Source of the DNA: an uncultured delta proteobacterium | GTDB lineage: Bacteria; Myxococcota_A; Polyangia; Fen-1088 | Direction of reading: 5' to 3' | Assembly: GCA_963767925.1 (NCBI GenBank) | Contig: CAVYGB010000002.1 | Location: 1,216,001-1,280,000, forward strand | DNA: 64,000 bases | In this document: piece after piece, positions 22,200 through 34,318 of the stretch | How positions within the stretch are numbered: the stretch's first letter is position 1 | Layout of the letters: the number at the start of each line of letters is the position of its first letter | Position numbers and translations under genes: made by a program | The notes under the pieces: model-generated | The model's database searches: none | What the model saw: the letters and a program-made list of their open reading frames with translations, nothing else | What the model was told of the DNA's origin: nothing

Positions 22200-24217
22200 T
22201 GCTGAAGGCGACAGCACAAACCGCCGAGTCGATCTCTAGCTCGGCCGGTGTTTCCGGAACCGACTCTCCGATCAGGGCCTCAAGCTCGGCGGCCGGTCGG
22301 TTGCTCGGGCGAGGAGCGGCTGCGACCGTCTTCAGTATGGTGGGGCTCGCCTTCGCGGTGTGGATCGATCATCTGCTATTCGGCTCCTTGCCGCTGAGGT
22401 CCGCCAGCGTTCACCTGTTTAGCAGCGCAGCCTTCGTCGGCCTTGTCGTCCTGCCGGTGCTGTTACCCCTGCAACTCGTTGGGCAGGCCGTGATGGATGC
22501 TTGCAGCGCCTCGGTCCGACGGTGGACCTGGTGCCTGGCGGCGGGCATGTTCGTGTTCGCGACGACCGAGCTGCTCTTCAGCTTGCTGATCTGGGCGGTC
22601 TACCCCGGGGCGCCCGTCGATCGGAGTCACAAGCTGGCCTACGCCAGCGGAATCCCCTTCTGCGCGCTGCTTGGATTCGTGGCGGGGCGGAGACTCTATT
22701 CCCGTCCGATTCCAGGAGGCGGCCCGTTCCTGGCAGGCGCGGGCTATTGTTTGATGTTTCATTGCATCATTGCCTGGCTCCCTCCGGTGTTTCCTTCGGG
22801 AACGAGCTCACATCTGTTTCACAACGGCGCCGCTGCCGGGCTGCTCGTCTCTGTCTTCACCCTCGCGGGACTGGTCGCCCATCGAACGCAGACCCCACTG
22901 CCGCGTCGTATGAGGCTGGTGGTCTTGCTGGTCGGGGTAGCGGTTCTGGTCCTGGGCGTCCGCTATCCTTTCGCTTTCCGTGATGAGTACGCTGTCCGCG
23001 ACGTCGCGGCCCGGGCGGGTCGCCTGTCCCGAAGCTTCGCCCGTCACACGCGTTACCTGCTCTATCCGCGTAGCCACGGCCTGCAGCACCTGGGCGCCCG
23101 GTCGGTTCCAGCAGGGCGCGAGGCGTTCGAAGCGGGTGGAATGGTCCCTGACGACCTGCTTCCTCGGCTAGCCGCCACCAAACCTCGCAACATCCTGCTG
23201 CTCACCGTGGACGCGCTGCGGATCGACGCCACGCAGGCGACACCAGGTGCTGGCTGGGGTCGGCTGGCCCGCGAGGGCGTCGCTTTCCTGGGCCATCAGT
23301 CGGCGGCGCCGGGGACCCGAGAATCCTTGGCCACGCTCTTCACCGGCCGCCCGCATTTCGCAGCCGAGGTTCGGACACAACCAAGCTTGGTCCGGACGCT
23401 CCGCGAGGTTGGCTTCTTCACCCTGGCCGTGGGGTACGCCGGCGATGACAAGCCCTATCTCGACAACGAGATCGTGGCCGCGAGCTTCGAGACCGTCGTC
23501 CCTCGCCCTGAACCGAGCGAGAAGCCGTTCGCGTCCGCCCTGACCGACGCACTGCTGGCCCACCTGCGACATCCCAGCGACCGGCCGTTCTTTGCCTGGG
23601 CCCACTATCTGGATCCCCACGCCCCTTACGAGGGAAAGGGATGGCCCCGGGACCGCTACCTGGCCGAGGTGGCCGCTACTGGGCGTGAAGTCGATCGACT
23701 CCTCGACGGTTTGAGCGGGCGGAGGATTCTCGATCAGACCCTGGTCGTGCTCACCGCCGACCATGGGGAGGAGTTCGGCGAGCACGCGGGCGCGCACCAC
23801 AACCTGACCCTCTATCAAGAGATCCTGCATGTCCCCCTGATTGTCCGGGCTCCCGGGGGCCGGGTCCGTGGGCAGGTCACGGGCCGAACGTCGGCGCAGG
23901 ATCTCTTCGGGGCCATCGAGCGGGTCGTGCGGGGGTCGCGAGCGCAACCTTCGGAACCCGCACCTTTCACGCGGGGGGACGTGTTTTCGTTCACAGCGAT
24001 CCAGGCCTCGGGGGCACACCCGGTTGGGATGGCCGCGGTGGTACGGGGTCGATTCAAGTTGATCTACGAGCTGCGGCTGCGCACGGCCGAGCTTTACGAT
24101 CTGGAGTCGGATCCGACGGAGACCACCAACCTGGTGGACGACCGTCCCGATGTCGCGGCTGCGCTGGCCCGGAGCTTGAGGGCTGAGATGGCCCGGCACG
24201 GAGCAATCGTCAGCTGA
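22200..24217 (+). CDS. Second membrane-anchored sulfatase-fold hydrolase/transferase
   Basis: N-terminal TMs; NILLLTVDALR, WAHYLDPHAPY, TADHGEEFGEH, HVPLIV, ELYDLESDPTE; start uncertain. Confidence 0.85.
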
Positions 24218-24242
24218 ACCGCGCCGGACCGGCCGGAGAAGA

Positions 24243-24983
24243 CTACTGGCGGCGGTAGGCGCAGATTCTCTCGCTCCCCAGGGAAGGCCAGCGCGGTCTT
24301 GTCGGCGATCCGTGGAGGAGCCCACTTAGGCGGTAGAGCCGGTCCTGGCGCACCACCTGCTGGAGCGGCCGAAGCAAGCCGTAGCGGTATTCGCGCTCGA
24401 GAAGCAGGCCCCTGTCCGCGAGTAGACGATCGATCTGGCCGGCGCTGAGCGCGTTCCAGGTGTAGCGATTCGTCCGCACCCGGCTGCGGAGCCAGGAGTA
24501 GAGAACCAGCCCGGAGCCGAGCGGATGTGCAAAGTTCGTGTGCTCGATGATGGCGAGTCCACCCGGGGCCAGGCGGGCGGCGATCCAGTCGAGGGCCTGG
24601 GAGGGCGATTCCACATGAGCCAGCACGCCAACGCAGAGGATGGTATCGAACCGCCGCCCGTCGTCGGGCAGCTCGATGAAGCTCGAATGGTGGAATTCGA
24701 CGTTGTCCAGACGGGAGGCCGGTGTTTGTCGGCGCGCCGCCTCTAACATCGCCTCGGACGTATCAACCAGGGTCAAACTTGCAGCCTCGCGGAGGAGAGG
24801 CAGCGACAGCGACCCGTCCCCGCACCCGATATCGAGGATCCGGTCGCCCCGCGCCGGCCCGGCAAAGAGGGCAACCGCCTCCCGGCGGAGCCGCAGCACA
24901 TACTGCTGGGAGAGATAACCCTCCGGATTTTCGAACTCCAGCTCCACCTCTTGCGACCGGGACTTCGAAGGAGTTGCTTGCAT
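24243..24983 (-). CDS. Class I SAM-dependent methyltransferase
   Basis: ILDIGCGDG, VDTSEAML, GVLAHV, LAPGG. Confidence 0.88.
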   Translation of the reverse strand: MQATPSKSRSQEVELEFENPEGYLSQQYVLRLRREAVALFAGPARGDRILDIGCGDGSLSLPLLREAASLTLVDTSEAMLEAARRQTPASRLDNVEFHHSSFIELPDDGRRFDTILCVGVLAHVESPSQALDWIAARLAPGGLAIIEHTNFAHPLGSGLVLYSWLRSRVRTNRYTWNALSAGQIDRLLADRGLLLEREYRYGLLRPLQQVVRQDRLYRLSGLLHGSPTRPRWPSLGSERICAYRRQ

Positions 24984-26083
24984 TAGGCCAACCTCGCCTG
25001 AGAGACAGCGGTGCGAATCGCCTGCGCGAATCGAGCGGCCGCCACGGGGGCGGCATAGTTGGCCTCGACGGTCCGGCGCGCCGCCGCCCCCATCCGCCGC
25101 CGCTTTTCTGGGTCGGCCCTGAGGGACTCAAAGGCGGTCACCCAGTCTTCCTCCGATCCGGCGACCAACCCGTTTTCCCCTGACTGGACGATCTCCCGGT
25201 TTACCCCCACCGGCGAGACCACCACGGGACGCCCGGTTGCCATGAACTGAAGAGCCTTGAGACCGCACTTGCCACGGGCAAACTCGTCGTCAGGCAGGGG
25301 CATCATGCCAACGTGGCAGCGCCCCACGTCCTCGGCCTCGCTCGCGGCTCGCCAGGGTATGAATTGCGTCTCCACACCTTGAAAAGGACGGGCCTGTGGC
25401 CGGTCGCAGATCACACGCAGGACGACCTTGTGTCGAGCACCGAGGCGCTCGATCGCCCGCCGGGCACCCTCGAGGTGGATCAGCGTGGAGTGCGACCCCG
25501 ACCAGGCAATGACGAAGGAGCCGTCCTCCGGCAGCTCGGGCTGCGCAGGGTAGTGGGCCAGCTCGATGCTGGTAGGAACCACGAAGACCTGTGGATTCTT
25601 CGGACGGGCCCAGTTGGCCAGATATTCGTTGCCCACCGTGACCACCGTGGAGTGGCGACAGATGGTCGCCGTCTTTCCTGAAAACTTCAGCTTCGCGAAG
25701 ACACCGTTCACACTTCCCGGACCCGTCATCCAGATGGCGTCGTCGAAGTCCACGATGATGGGAATCTTTGTCCGCGACAGCAGGCGTTCGTAGACCGCCG
25801 GACCCAGCGTCGCGATCTCACGGTAGATGACCACGCCGTCGTAGTCGCGGGCGCGCCCGAGGGCCCCCCGTCTGCGCCAGGTATCCGACATCAGCAAGGT
25901 CGCCTTTTCCAGGTGGTGGCCTGGTTGATAGACGACCTCGGTGAGCCGGGGTGATTCGAAGACGTCGAAGTCGAGCTGGATTTGATGGCCGCTACGCAGG
26001 TGCGGTTCCCATTGTTCCAGCCGGAACCTCTGGCCAGGAGAAATCCCAGCGGGCTTCGGCACGAGTGCAAGGAGCCTGATCAC
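24983..26083 (-). CDS. GT4-family glycosyltransferase
   Basis: QRFRLEQW, DFDDAIW, MPLPDDEFARGKCGLKALQFMATGRPVVVSPVG. Confidence 0.9.
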   Translation of the reverse strand: MIRLLALVPKPAGISPGQRFRLEQWEPHLRSGHQIQLDFDVFESPRLTEVVYQPGHHLEKATLLMSDTWRRRGALGRARDYDGVVIYREIATLGPAVYERLLSRTKIPIIVDFDDAIWMTGPGSVNGVFAKLKFSGKTATICRHSTVVTVGNEYLANWARPKNPQVFVVPTSIELAHYPAQPELPEDGSFVIAWSGSHSTLIHLEGARRAIERLGARHKVVLRVICDRPQARPFQGVETQFIPWRAASEAEDVGRCHVGMMPLPDDEFARGKCGLKALQFMATGRPVVVSPVGVNREIVQSGENGLVAGSEEDWVTAFESLRADPEKRRRMGAAARRTVEANYAAPVAAARFAQAIRTAVSQARLA

Positions 26084-26410
26084 GAGTCGTCGCTCAGGGG
26101 CCGGCTAGAAGAGGTTCCTGGTCCAGGTCTCGGGGCTGCCTGCCTTACGATACGGCCAGATGACTGGCCAGAGAGGCAGCGACTCCAGAGGCGGAGAGCC
26201 GCTTGTGGGATTTCGTCGCCTCACACGCGAGCGTCCCGCATCATTCACCTGATGATGTTACTACAGGCGCTCGACGCTCTACAAGGTGCGCGAAGAACAC
26301 GTCCAGATTGCCTCTCTGAGCGAGGCTCCGGCGCAAACCGGGTACTACTGTCCTGCAGGTGACGTTTCGTCAGGGGCCTCGTCCGGAGCGTCGGGGTAGC
26401 GCCCTCCCCA

Positions 26411-26452
26411 CGTTCGCCTCCCAGCGTTCGCCTCCCAACGTTCGCCTCCCAA
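26411..26452. repeat. 14-bp tandem repeat x3 (CGTTCGCCTCCCA[A/G]) in a divergent intergenic region
   Basis: Read directly from sequence. Confidence 0.85.
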
Positions 26453-26716
26453 CGAACGTTCAGATCGGCACCGCAGCCAGGCTTGTTTTTCTTCGCCATA
26501 GGAATTATTCTGCGGCGGTGCTGAGTCCGCACGAGCTCCACGGGCTGCCGGAGAGGCCCGTCGCTCTAAGCTTGCTGGGAGGCGGAGTCGCGGTGGCCGG
26601 GCTGATTGAACTCCACGGGGAGCTGACTTGGAAATAGCGTTTCCGTTCGTGATTTTTCTGGCCCTTGGCCTGCTGTCGTCCAGGTCTCGGCCCGGACGGT
26701 CCCCGAGACCGACCAG

Positions 26717-27977
26717 GTGTGGATGCGCAACCTGTTGCTGGCCGCGCTACTGATTCGCCTGGTCGTTGCGACTGCGTTTGCACTCTTTCCCAGCCTGCGG
26801 GTCTTCCACGAGGACGCAAACAGCTACGAGGCGCGAGGCATGGACCTCGCCGCCATGTGGCGAGGTGAGCTCCCGACCTATGAGATGGCGACCCGGAATG
26901 CCGGCTTACACCTACCTCGCCGGCGGCCTTGTACTTCCTCTTCGGTGGATTCCAGGTTGTACTGTCCTACTTCAACTGCCTGGTCGGGACGTTGCTGGTC
27001 GTTTCTGGTGTACCGGCTGGCCCTCCGCTTCTTTCATCCTCGGTTGGGCCGATTCGCTGGCTTGCTCGTCGGGCTCCTGCCGTCGATGATCCTCTGGAGC
27101 GCGGTGGCGCTCAAGGACGTGCTCATGACGCTCCTGCTGGTTGTCGCCCTCTCGTCGTGCGTGGCACTTAAGGAGCGGGTCAACCTCGTCAACGTCGTGG
27201 GTGTCGTACTTGCCGATGGCGGCGATCCAGAGCATTCGCTTTTACATGCTCTACTTCGTCGGATTCGCCGTCGTCGTGTCCTTGGTCCTCGACAGAGGTG
27301 GCCGGGTGCTCACCGGCGTCTACAAGCAGGTCTTTCTGGTGCTCGTGGCGGTAGGCCTGTTCGTGATGCTGGGCCTGGCTGATAGCACCGAAGTCCAGCA
27401 CCAGCTACTTCACTCTCGAACAGGCCTCTTCCTACCGGCGCGGCATGGCCGTTACGGCACGCTCCGGGTTCGACGCCGACGTCGACATCTCCACGCCGGG
27501 CGCCGCCCTCGCTTATCTGCCGGTCGGCGTCGCCTACCTGCTCTGGGCGCCCGTTCCCTTGGCAGCTCACCTCGTTGCGACCCGTTGCTCGCGGCTCCGG
27601 AGACCATCCTGTGGTGGTTCCTCTTCCCGGCTACCGTGCGCGGCATCCTGCTGGCGGTGCGGACGCGGTTCTCGGAGACCTCCGCCCTCCTCATCTTCTC
27701 CTTCACGCTCACGGGCGCCTACTCGTTGATCCACGGAAACGTCGGGATCGGCGTTCCGCCAGCGCACCCAGATCCTGGTGTTCTTGTTCATCTTCTGCGC
27801 GGCCGGGATCTACGCCAAACGACTCAAGAAGAGCCGGCTACGACCCGCGCTTCGTCCTCTCGCGGCCCGAGGCGAACCTGGGCGGCGTCCCGCTCGTCGT
27901 ACCGCCGGCAGTCCGCGGGCGCGGACCAGCCGGCCGACGCGCAGTCGAGAGTCAAGCCAAGTATGCCGACGACGTAG
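26717..27977 (+). CDS. Polytopic GT-C-like membrane protein, candidate Wzy polymerase (heavily frameshifted; ends approximate)
   Basis: Hydrophobic fragments join across frames: FHEDANSYE, PSMILWSAVALKD, IRFY, LLWAP.P, HGNVG; no other Wzy candidate in the window. Confidence 0.6.
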
Positions 27978-29192
27978 CGGAGCTCGGATGGGTTTGGGCG
28001 GACGACGCTCTCCCCAGCTGGCCCTCGGCCGTCTCGCTCTCCCAGTGTCCGGCCCGCAGGTTCGTCCCGGCCACCAGCTCTTCGAAGCAGGCGGCGTAAC
28101 GCCCGACGATGAGCGCTTCGCCCCATTGCCGGACGTCGGTCGAGGCCTGGGTGGCCAGGCGCCTGCCGCAGCGACTCGTCGCCGAGCACGCCGCAGCAGG
28201 GCGCCGCCAGCCGCTCGGGCTGACCCGACCGGGCGTCAGCAGGCCGTTGACGCCCGTCCCGGATGATCTCCGACGGCCCGGAAGGGCAGTCCGTGGAGAT
28301 CACGGCCGGACCCGCGGCCATGGCCTCGGCGAGCACGTTGGGGAAGCCCTCCCAGGCCGACGATAGGACGAAGACCGACGACCGGGCCATGAAGGCGTAC
28401 GGGTTGTTCTGAAACCCGAGGAAGGCGACGTCCTGCTCCAGGCCCAGCCGGCGGGTGAGGCTCTCGAGCTCCTGCCGAAGGGGCCCCTGCCCGAGGATCA
28501 CCAGGCGGGCAGGCAGGCGGTCCCGGACGAGGCGGAAGGCGGCGATCAGGTCCGCCTGGGCCTTGGCCACCTGCAACTTTCCGACGTTGAGAATCACCGG
28601 CCGGTCCGCGCCCGGCGCCAGCCAGGGATGGTCCACCGGCGCCGTCGCCTGGCGCGCGATGCCCGCCAGGTCGAGCGGGTTGTGGATGGCGCGCAGCCTG
28701 GCCCGGGGCACCCCGAAGTTCTCCGCCAGGTCGTCGCAGACGCCCTGGGCGACGCCGATGATCAGGTCGGCCTGCGGGTAGAGCGCGCGGACCGCGAGGG
28801 CCTTCAGCGGGGCATGCGAAGCCTCGGCCGGCAGCGACCGGCTGTAGTGGTTGCGGGCGCCCAGGACCAGCGGGAGCCTTGCCGGCCGCTCAGGGCCCGG
28901 GCGAGCACGGCCGCGAAGTTCATCGCCAGCATGGAGAAGCAGAGGTCGACCGACCCCGATCGGAGCAGCTTCGCCAGCCTGCCCGACGCACACGGTGGCG
29001 CTGCTGCGCGCGGAAGTCGATGACCTCGACGTCGGCGGGGATTAGCGGGAGGAAGGGTCCCTCCCGCCGGGTCAGGCCGAGCGTGAGCTGGAAGCGCTGC
29101 CGGTCGAGGCCCCGGAGCAGGTGGATCATCACCCGCTCGGCGCCCCCCCCGTTCATGTTCGTCAGGAGGCAAAGCAGGCGGGTCTTCCTCAT
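27952..29192 (-). CDS. GT4-family glycosyltransferase (frameshifted; 3' end approximate)
   Basis: NGGGAERV, IHNP, LGFQNNPY, LSSAWEGFPNVLAEAMAAG, TDCPSGPSEI. Confidence 0.88.
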
Positions 29193-31529
29193 CGGAGGGG
29201 CTCCCTTGCTGGTCGGCGCGGTCGCGCGCCGGCGCTGCCCGGCGGCGGCCGTCGGTCAGGCCGATGGGCGCGGGCGGCGGCCGGCTTCTCGTCCCGGGTG
29301 TAGTAGCCGTAGCGCGAGTAGTAGTAGTACGAGTAGTAGCCGTACTCCCGCTGCCGCGAGAGGTTGATGTCGTTGAGGATGCAGCCGAGGACGTTCACGG
29401 CGCCGTCCGTGCCGAGCTGCCGCCGGATGCGGGCCAGGGCGTACTTCGAGGTGCGGCCGGCCTTGGCCACCAGCAGGGTGCGCGTCGGTCATCCGCGCCA
29501 GGATGGCGGCGTCGGTGACCGCCCCCAGGGGCGGAGAGTCGAACATGACCAGGTCGAACGCGCCGGTCAGCTCACGCACGATTCCGCGGAACCGCTCGGT
29601 GTGCAGCAGCTCGGCCGGGTTGGGCGGGCGAGGCCCCGCAGGGCAGGAGGTAGAGGTTGGGGACCTCGGAGAGGGCGGACGAAGCTGAGGACGTTGCCCT
29701 TGCCGAGGATGGCCGCCGAGAGCCCGTCGGAGCTCGAGGGGATGCCGAACGCCTTGTGCACGCGCGGGCGCCGCATGTCGGTGTCGACGAGCAGGACGCG
29801 CAGGCCGGACAGCGCCATGGTGGTGGCCAGGCTGGCCGCCACCGTGGTCTTGCCCTCCTGGGGACCGGCCGAGGTGATCAGCAGGGTGCGGAAGGGCTTC
29901 TCCGGCGACATGAACAGGAGGTTGGTGCGGATGGCCCGGCAGCACTCGGCCACCTGGGAGGTGGGGTGGGCGAAGACGTGGAGCTCCCGGGAGTCCATGA
30001 TCGAGGGCTTCTCGCCTCTTTTCCGTTGCCGTTCTTGGCGTTCCCGTTCTTGCCGTTGCTCGTGGTCGTTCTTGCCGTTGTCGTTCTTCTCGATGCTGGG
30101 AATCAGGCCCAGGAAGGTGATGCCCGCCGTCTGCTCGATGTCCTCCTGGGTCTTGACCGTGCTGTCGAGGGCGTCGAGCAGCAGGGCCAGACCGATCGAG
30201 AGGAGCAGGCCGATGCCGATCGCGACGATGACGGCCCGGGGGACGTTGGGCGCAAACGGGAGCCGGCGGGACCGTCGCCTCGTCGAGCAGGCGGACGTTG
30301 TTGGTCTTCAGGTTCGAGGCCAGCGACGTCTCACGCTCGCGCCCGCCGACCTGGTCGGCCAGCTTGACCAGCCGATCGAGGTCGCGCTTGAGCCGGAAGT
30401 ACTCCGCGCTCTTGCCCTCCAGCTTGATGGCCTCGCGGGTGGCGGCGTTGAGGGCGGCCCGCAGGTCGGCCGCCTGCTTGGCCAGGGCGTCGTACTGCGA
30501 GTCGAAGTTCTTGCGGGACAGCTCCACCTCGCGCCCGAGGTCGGCCTTGATGAGCTTCAGCCGCTGCTCCTGGGCCGTCACCGCCGGGTGCTTCTCCAGG
30601 TACTTCCCCTGCAGGGCGATCAGCTTGCCGTACTCGTCGATGTAGAGCTCTTTCAGCTTCTGCGCGACCTGGTTGTTGGCCATGGCGGGGTTCATCTCCG
30701 CCACCGGGTCGTTGCCCCCGAACGACTGGAACTGCTCTCGCTCGGCGCGGAGGGCAATCAGCTTGACCTCGACCGAGTTCAGCTCTTCGCCCACCTTCTT
30801 GCGGCGGACCGAGAGCTCGTTCTGGTCGTCTTCCAGGGAGACGGCGACGATGTTGTTGGCCTGCTTGAACTCGACCAGGCCGTGTTCCGCCGCCCGCAGC
30901 TCGGTCAGGAGCTGGTGGTATTCATCGCCGAGCCAGGTGGTGGCGCCCGCCGAGTGCGACAGGCGGCGCTCCAGGCTCTCGCTGGCGTAGACCTGGGCTA
31001 CGGTGTTGGCCAGCAGGGCGGCGAACTGCGGGTTCGTCGACTGCGCCGAGAGCTCGACGACCCGCGAGTCCTTGACCGGGACCACCTTCAGCATCGCCTG
31101 GATGAGGGGCGCCGCCCGGGCGAGCTCCGCCGGATCCTTGCACTCGGCGTTCGGCAGGATCAGCTCGCAGGGCGGGCCCCCCCTGAGCTGGCGCTGGCAC
31201 AGGGCCTTGGCGACCGCCGTCGCGTGCGACCGGCTGCGGAGCGTGCGGAACTCCGTCTCCAGCGTCTCACGCGATTGCCACCAGGTCGGCTGCGCCTCGA
31301 CGACGTCGCGAAAGCCCGCCCCCAGGTACTGGGGAACCGAGAGGTCGACGATGACTGTGGCGGTGGCCTCGTAGCGCGGCTGCTGCTTCGACACGACGAA
31401 GCCGGTGACGAGGGCGCTGGCGATGGTCAGTCCGAGGATCAGCCACTTCCGCTTGCGGAGAAAGGTGATCGCCGGTCCGATCTGGAGTCCGCTGCGAGGC
31501 TGTTGCAGGCTCGCAAGAGGATCTTGCAT
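29189..31529 (-). CDS. wzc: Wzc polysaccharide co-polymerase / BY tyrosine kinase (frameshifted)
   Basis: N-terminal TM, long coiled coil, Walker A GPQEGKTT, VDTDMRRP, FDSPP, C-terminal Tyr cluster YGYYSYYYYSRYGYY. Confidence 0.92.
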
Positions 31530-31598
31530 GTCTAGTCCCCTCTGGTTGGGTGGTCGTGTGAACGTCGGCGAACCTCAGGTCCGCCCGGGAGCGCGCGC

Positions 31599-32215
31599 CT
31601 AGAACAGCCGCTCGTCGACGACGATGCACGTCCCCGGGAAGCATGGTCACGTTGGGCGAGCGGCCTTCGCTGATGTCGGCGACTCGATAGTTCCAGGTCT
31701 CGACCTTGCCGTTGTGCTCGCGCCGGAGCCGTACGGAGTTCTTGGCGGCGGCCCCCGTGAACCCCCCGGCGGCGGCGATGGCGTCGACGATGGTCATGCG
31801 CGGGAAATAGGCGAGCGGGCCGGGCTTGGTCACCTGACCCAGGACGGCGATCTTCCGGCTGTTCCACTCCGTGACCATCACGGCGATCTGGGGACTGCGG
31901 AAGTAGCCGTCCTTGAGCTTCTTGGTCAGGTCTTCTTGCAGCTCGCTCGGGCCGCATGCCCAGGACCTGCACCCGCCCGATGTAGGGATAGTCGATGGTG
32001 CCGTCGGCGCTGACCCGATAGTCCCCGGAGATCTCCGGCTCACCGACCACCCGCACCTGAAAGACGTCGTCCACGCCCAGCCGTTCATCGAAGCCGACGA
32101 CCGGCTCGAGGGCGTCGGCGGCCGGCGGTGGGGACGTGGCCGCACTATGACCGCAGCCCAGCGTCCCGAGGATCAAGGCGAGCGCAACGGAGAGGGAGGG
32201 TCGGGCGGGGATCAT
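31599..32215 (-). CDS. wza: Short OPX/Wza polysaccharide export lipoprotein (frameshifted)
   Basis: Lipobox TLGC, LGVDDVF.VRV, DGTIDYPYIG, VLGQVTKPG, AIAAAGGF, ending ...VDERLF* without a C-terminal outer-membrane helix. Confidence 0.88.
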
Positions 32216-32230
32216 GGAATGAATGCGCCG

Positions 32231-33542
32231 CTAGTAGGTGATGCCGAGGCGGCCGAGGATCACGTGTTTGGCGTAGTCCGCCTCCGGGATCGGCGACGGC
32301 CACCGCGGTGGTGTCCTCCGACCGGGAGATCAGGTTGGTGTAGCTGGCGCCCACGTAGAACCAGCGCTGGAACTGCAAGTCCGCCTGGACCCGCGTCTGG
32401 AAGACGTGGTCCGTCCGGTGGATGGGCGCCATCATCTGGAAGCCCTTGTAGCGGCGGTACTCGTAGCGGCCACCCGCCGTCAGCTGCACAGGCCCGATCC
32501 GCTGGCCGATGCCGAGATCGGCGGCGTCGAGGTCGTAGTAGTTGCCGAGCACCGGCGAATCGCGGAACTCGTGCGCGTACGAGGCAGCGAAGGTGGTCAT
32601 CTCCGTGGCGTTGAAGTTGAGACCGACCTGGGCAGCGACGTTGCTGGCGCCCGTCGGGTCGACTGCTGTCGTCGTCGTAGATGGCGTCCGCGTAGCCAAC
32701 GCCCGAGCGGCGAGCGCCAGCTTCGGCGTCACGAGACCGCGGAGACCGACCAGCGCCCGGTAGGGAATCGAGTTGAACTTTCCCTGCGGCCTCGGCGTCC
32801 TCGCTGAGGTATTGGATGTAGCCTGCACCGAGCTGGAGGAAGATCGAGGTCTTCGGCAACCACCGCCACGAGGTGTCGATGCAGTCCGTCGTGCCCCATC
32901 CGGTTGCCGAACGCGAAGTCGTCGCCTTCGAAGATGTCGAGCGTGTTGGTGTAGCGAGGCGTGATCTGGATGCGCCCGCCACCGGGCGCCAGGCCGGCCT
33001 GAAGGACCGCGACGTTGAAGTCGCGGGTGATGGGAGACAGGCCGGGCTCGTAGGGCGGATCCTGAAGGCGGGTGAACTGATCCGAGAGCGCAACGGACTG
33101 GCCGCCCGAGTTGTAGCCGAGCGAGGCCGAGAAGGTAGGATTGAAGGCCCGTCTGCGCCTTGACGTCCTCGTTCTTCGCTCAGGTACTCGCGGTAGAGCA
33201 GGCTGGCGCCGACGGAATACTGAAGGGCGGGCTGAGCTCTCCTCGCGGGCCGAGTTGGTGATCTCCGACGAACGGGCGTGACCTGAACGGTGCCCGAGTC
33301 GATCTTCTGAGCGTCGTTGTAAAAGACGTTGGTGTCGTAGCCCGCCTCGGCGGTGACGCCGACCTTCAGGTAGACGCCCTCGCCGATCATCATGCCGCCG
33401 GTACCAGCCGGCCGTGCTGATTCCGGTGTCGGCGACAGCCGAGCGCTGAACCGGGCTCGACGCCTGAGCGAGCGCCGCCGGCGCCTGCGAACACGAGGAA
33501 CAGACCTCCCGCCAGAACGGCAACGGCCGATTTCCTGAACAC
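32231..33542 (-). CDS. Outer-membrane beta-barrel porin partner of OPX (EpsX/Wzp-like; frameshifted)
   Basis: Signal peptide, GYDTNVFY, alternating beta-strands, WRWLPKT, C-terminal LGITY*; immediately upstream of wza. Confidence 0.78.
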
Positions 33543-33620
33543 CCCATCTCCTCGAGTCGCATTAGTAGATAGCAAGGCAATCCCCCAGCACGTCAGGTTG
33601 TGGCTCCGGACACCCACCAG

Positions 33621-34229
33621 CTAGTAAGGGCTGGCCTTGGGCGGGCGAAGGATCGTAGGAATTCGCGGCGCGGTCGGCTGCGTCGGGTCGCCCACCGGCA
33701 CGCCTTCCACGTTGACGTCCACCCGGGTGGCGCCGACGTAGGACATGTCCTCACCGACGCATGCCTCTGCCTCGTTGGCGAGGACCTGGACGTTCTGGTT
33801 CACGATGGTCAGCCGCGTGTACTCGTGGAAGGCGGTGCTCTCGTCCTGGCGGCCGATGGCCTCTTGCAGGGAGGTGAGCGCCTTCTCCGACACGTTCATG
33901 TTGGCTCGCACCTGCACCAGCTTGTCGGCCAGGCAGTTGAACCGGATGATGTCCTTTTGCTTGCGCGCGTTCTCGACCAGCGCCTGGATGCGCGCGCCCG
34001 CCTCCGAGATCCGTTTCTGGTATTCGGTGGCGTTGTTCAGCATGTCCTGCGGTGTCAGTGTGGGTCGCTGCTGAACGCGGAGGTCGACCGACGCGGGTGG
34101 CCCCTCACCCGGAGGGCCGGTCGGCGGGGCCGGATCGGCCGGAGGAGGTCCGGGATCGGACGGTGCAGGCTGAGCCATGACGGCTCCACTGAAGAATAGG
34201 GCTCCGAAGGCTAGATTCCGCAGGCGCAT
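33621..34229 (-). CDS. Secreted helical/coiled-coil protein of unknown function (about 202 aa)
   Basis: Signal peptide MRLRNLAFGALFFSGAVMA, Pro-rich linker, heptad region with two Cys (NCL..KL; EACVGE), ends PPKASPY. Confidence 0.75.
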   Translation of the reverse strand: MRLRNLAFGALFFSGAVMAQPAPSDPGPPPADPAPPTGPPGEGPPASVDLRVQQRPTLTPQDMLNNATEYQKRISEAGARIQALVENARKQKDIIRFNCLADKLVQVRANMNVSEKALTSLQEAIGRQDESTAFHEYTRLTIVNQNVQVLANEAEACVGEDMSYVGATRVDVNVEGVPVGDPTQPTAPRIPTILRPPKASPY

Positions 34230-34318
34230 GCTGGACCTCAGGGTGGCGGGGTGGGTTCTTGTAGCGACCGGGACTGCGAGGGCGTCTCGCAGAGGCAGTC
34301 GGTACGACGAACGGTCGA

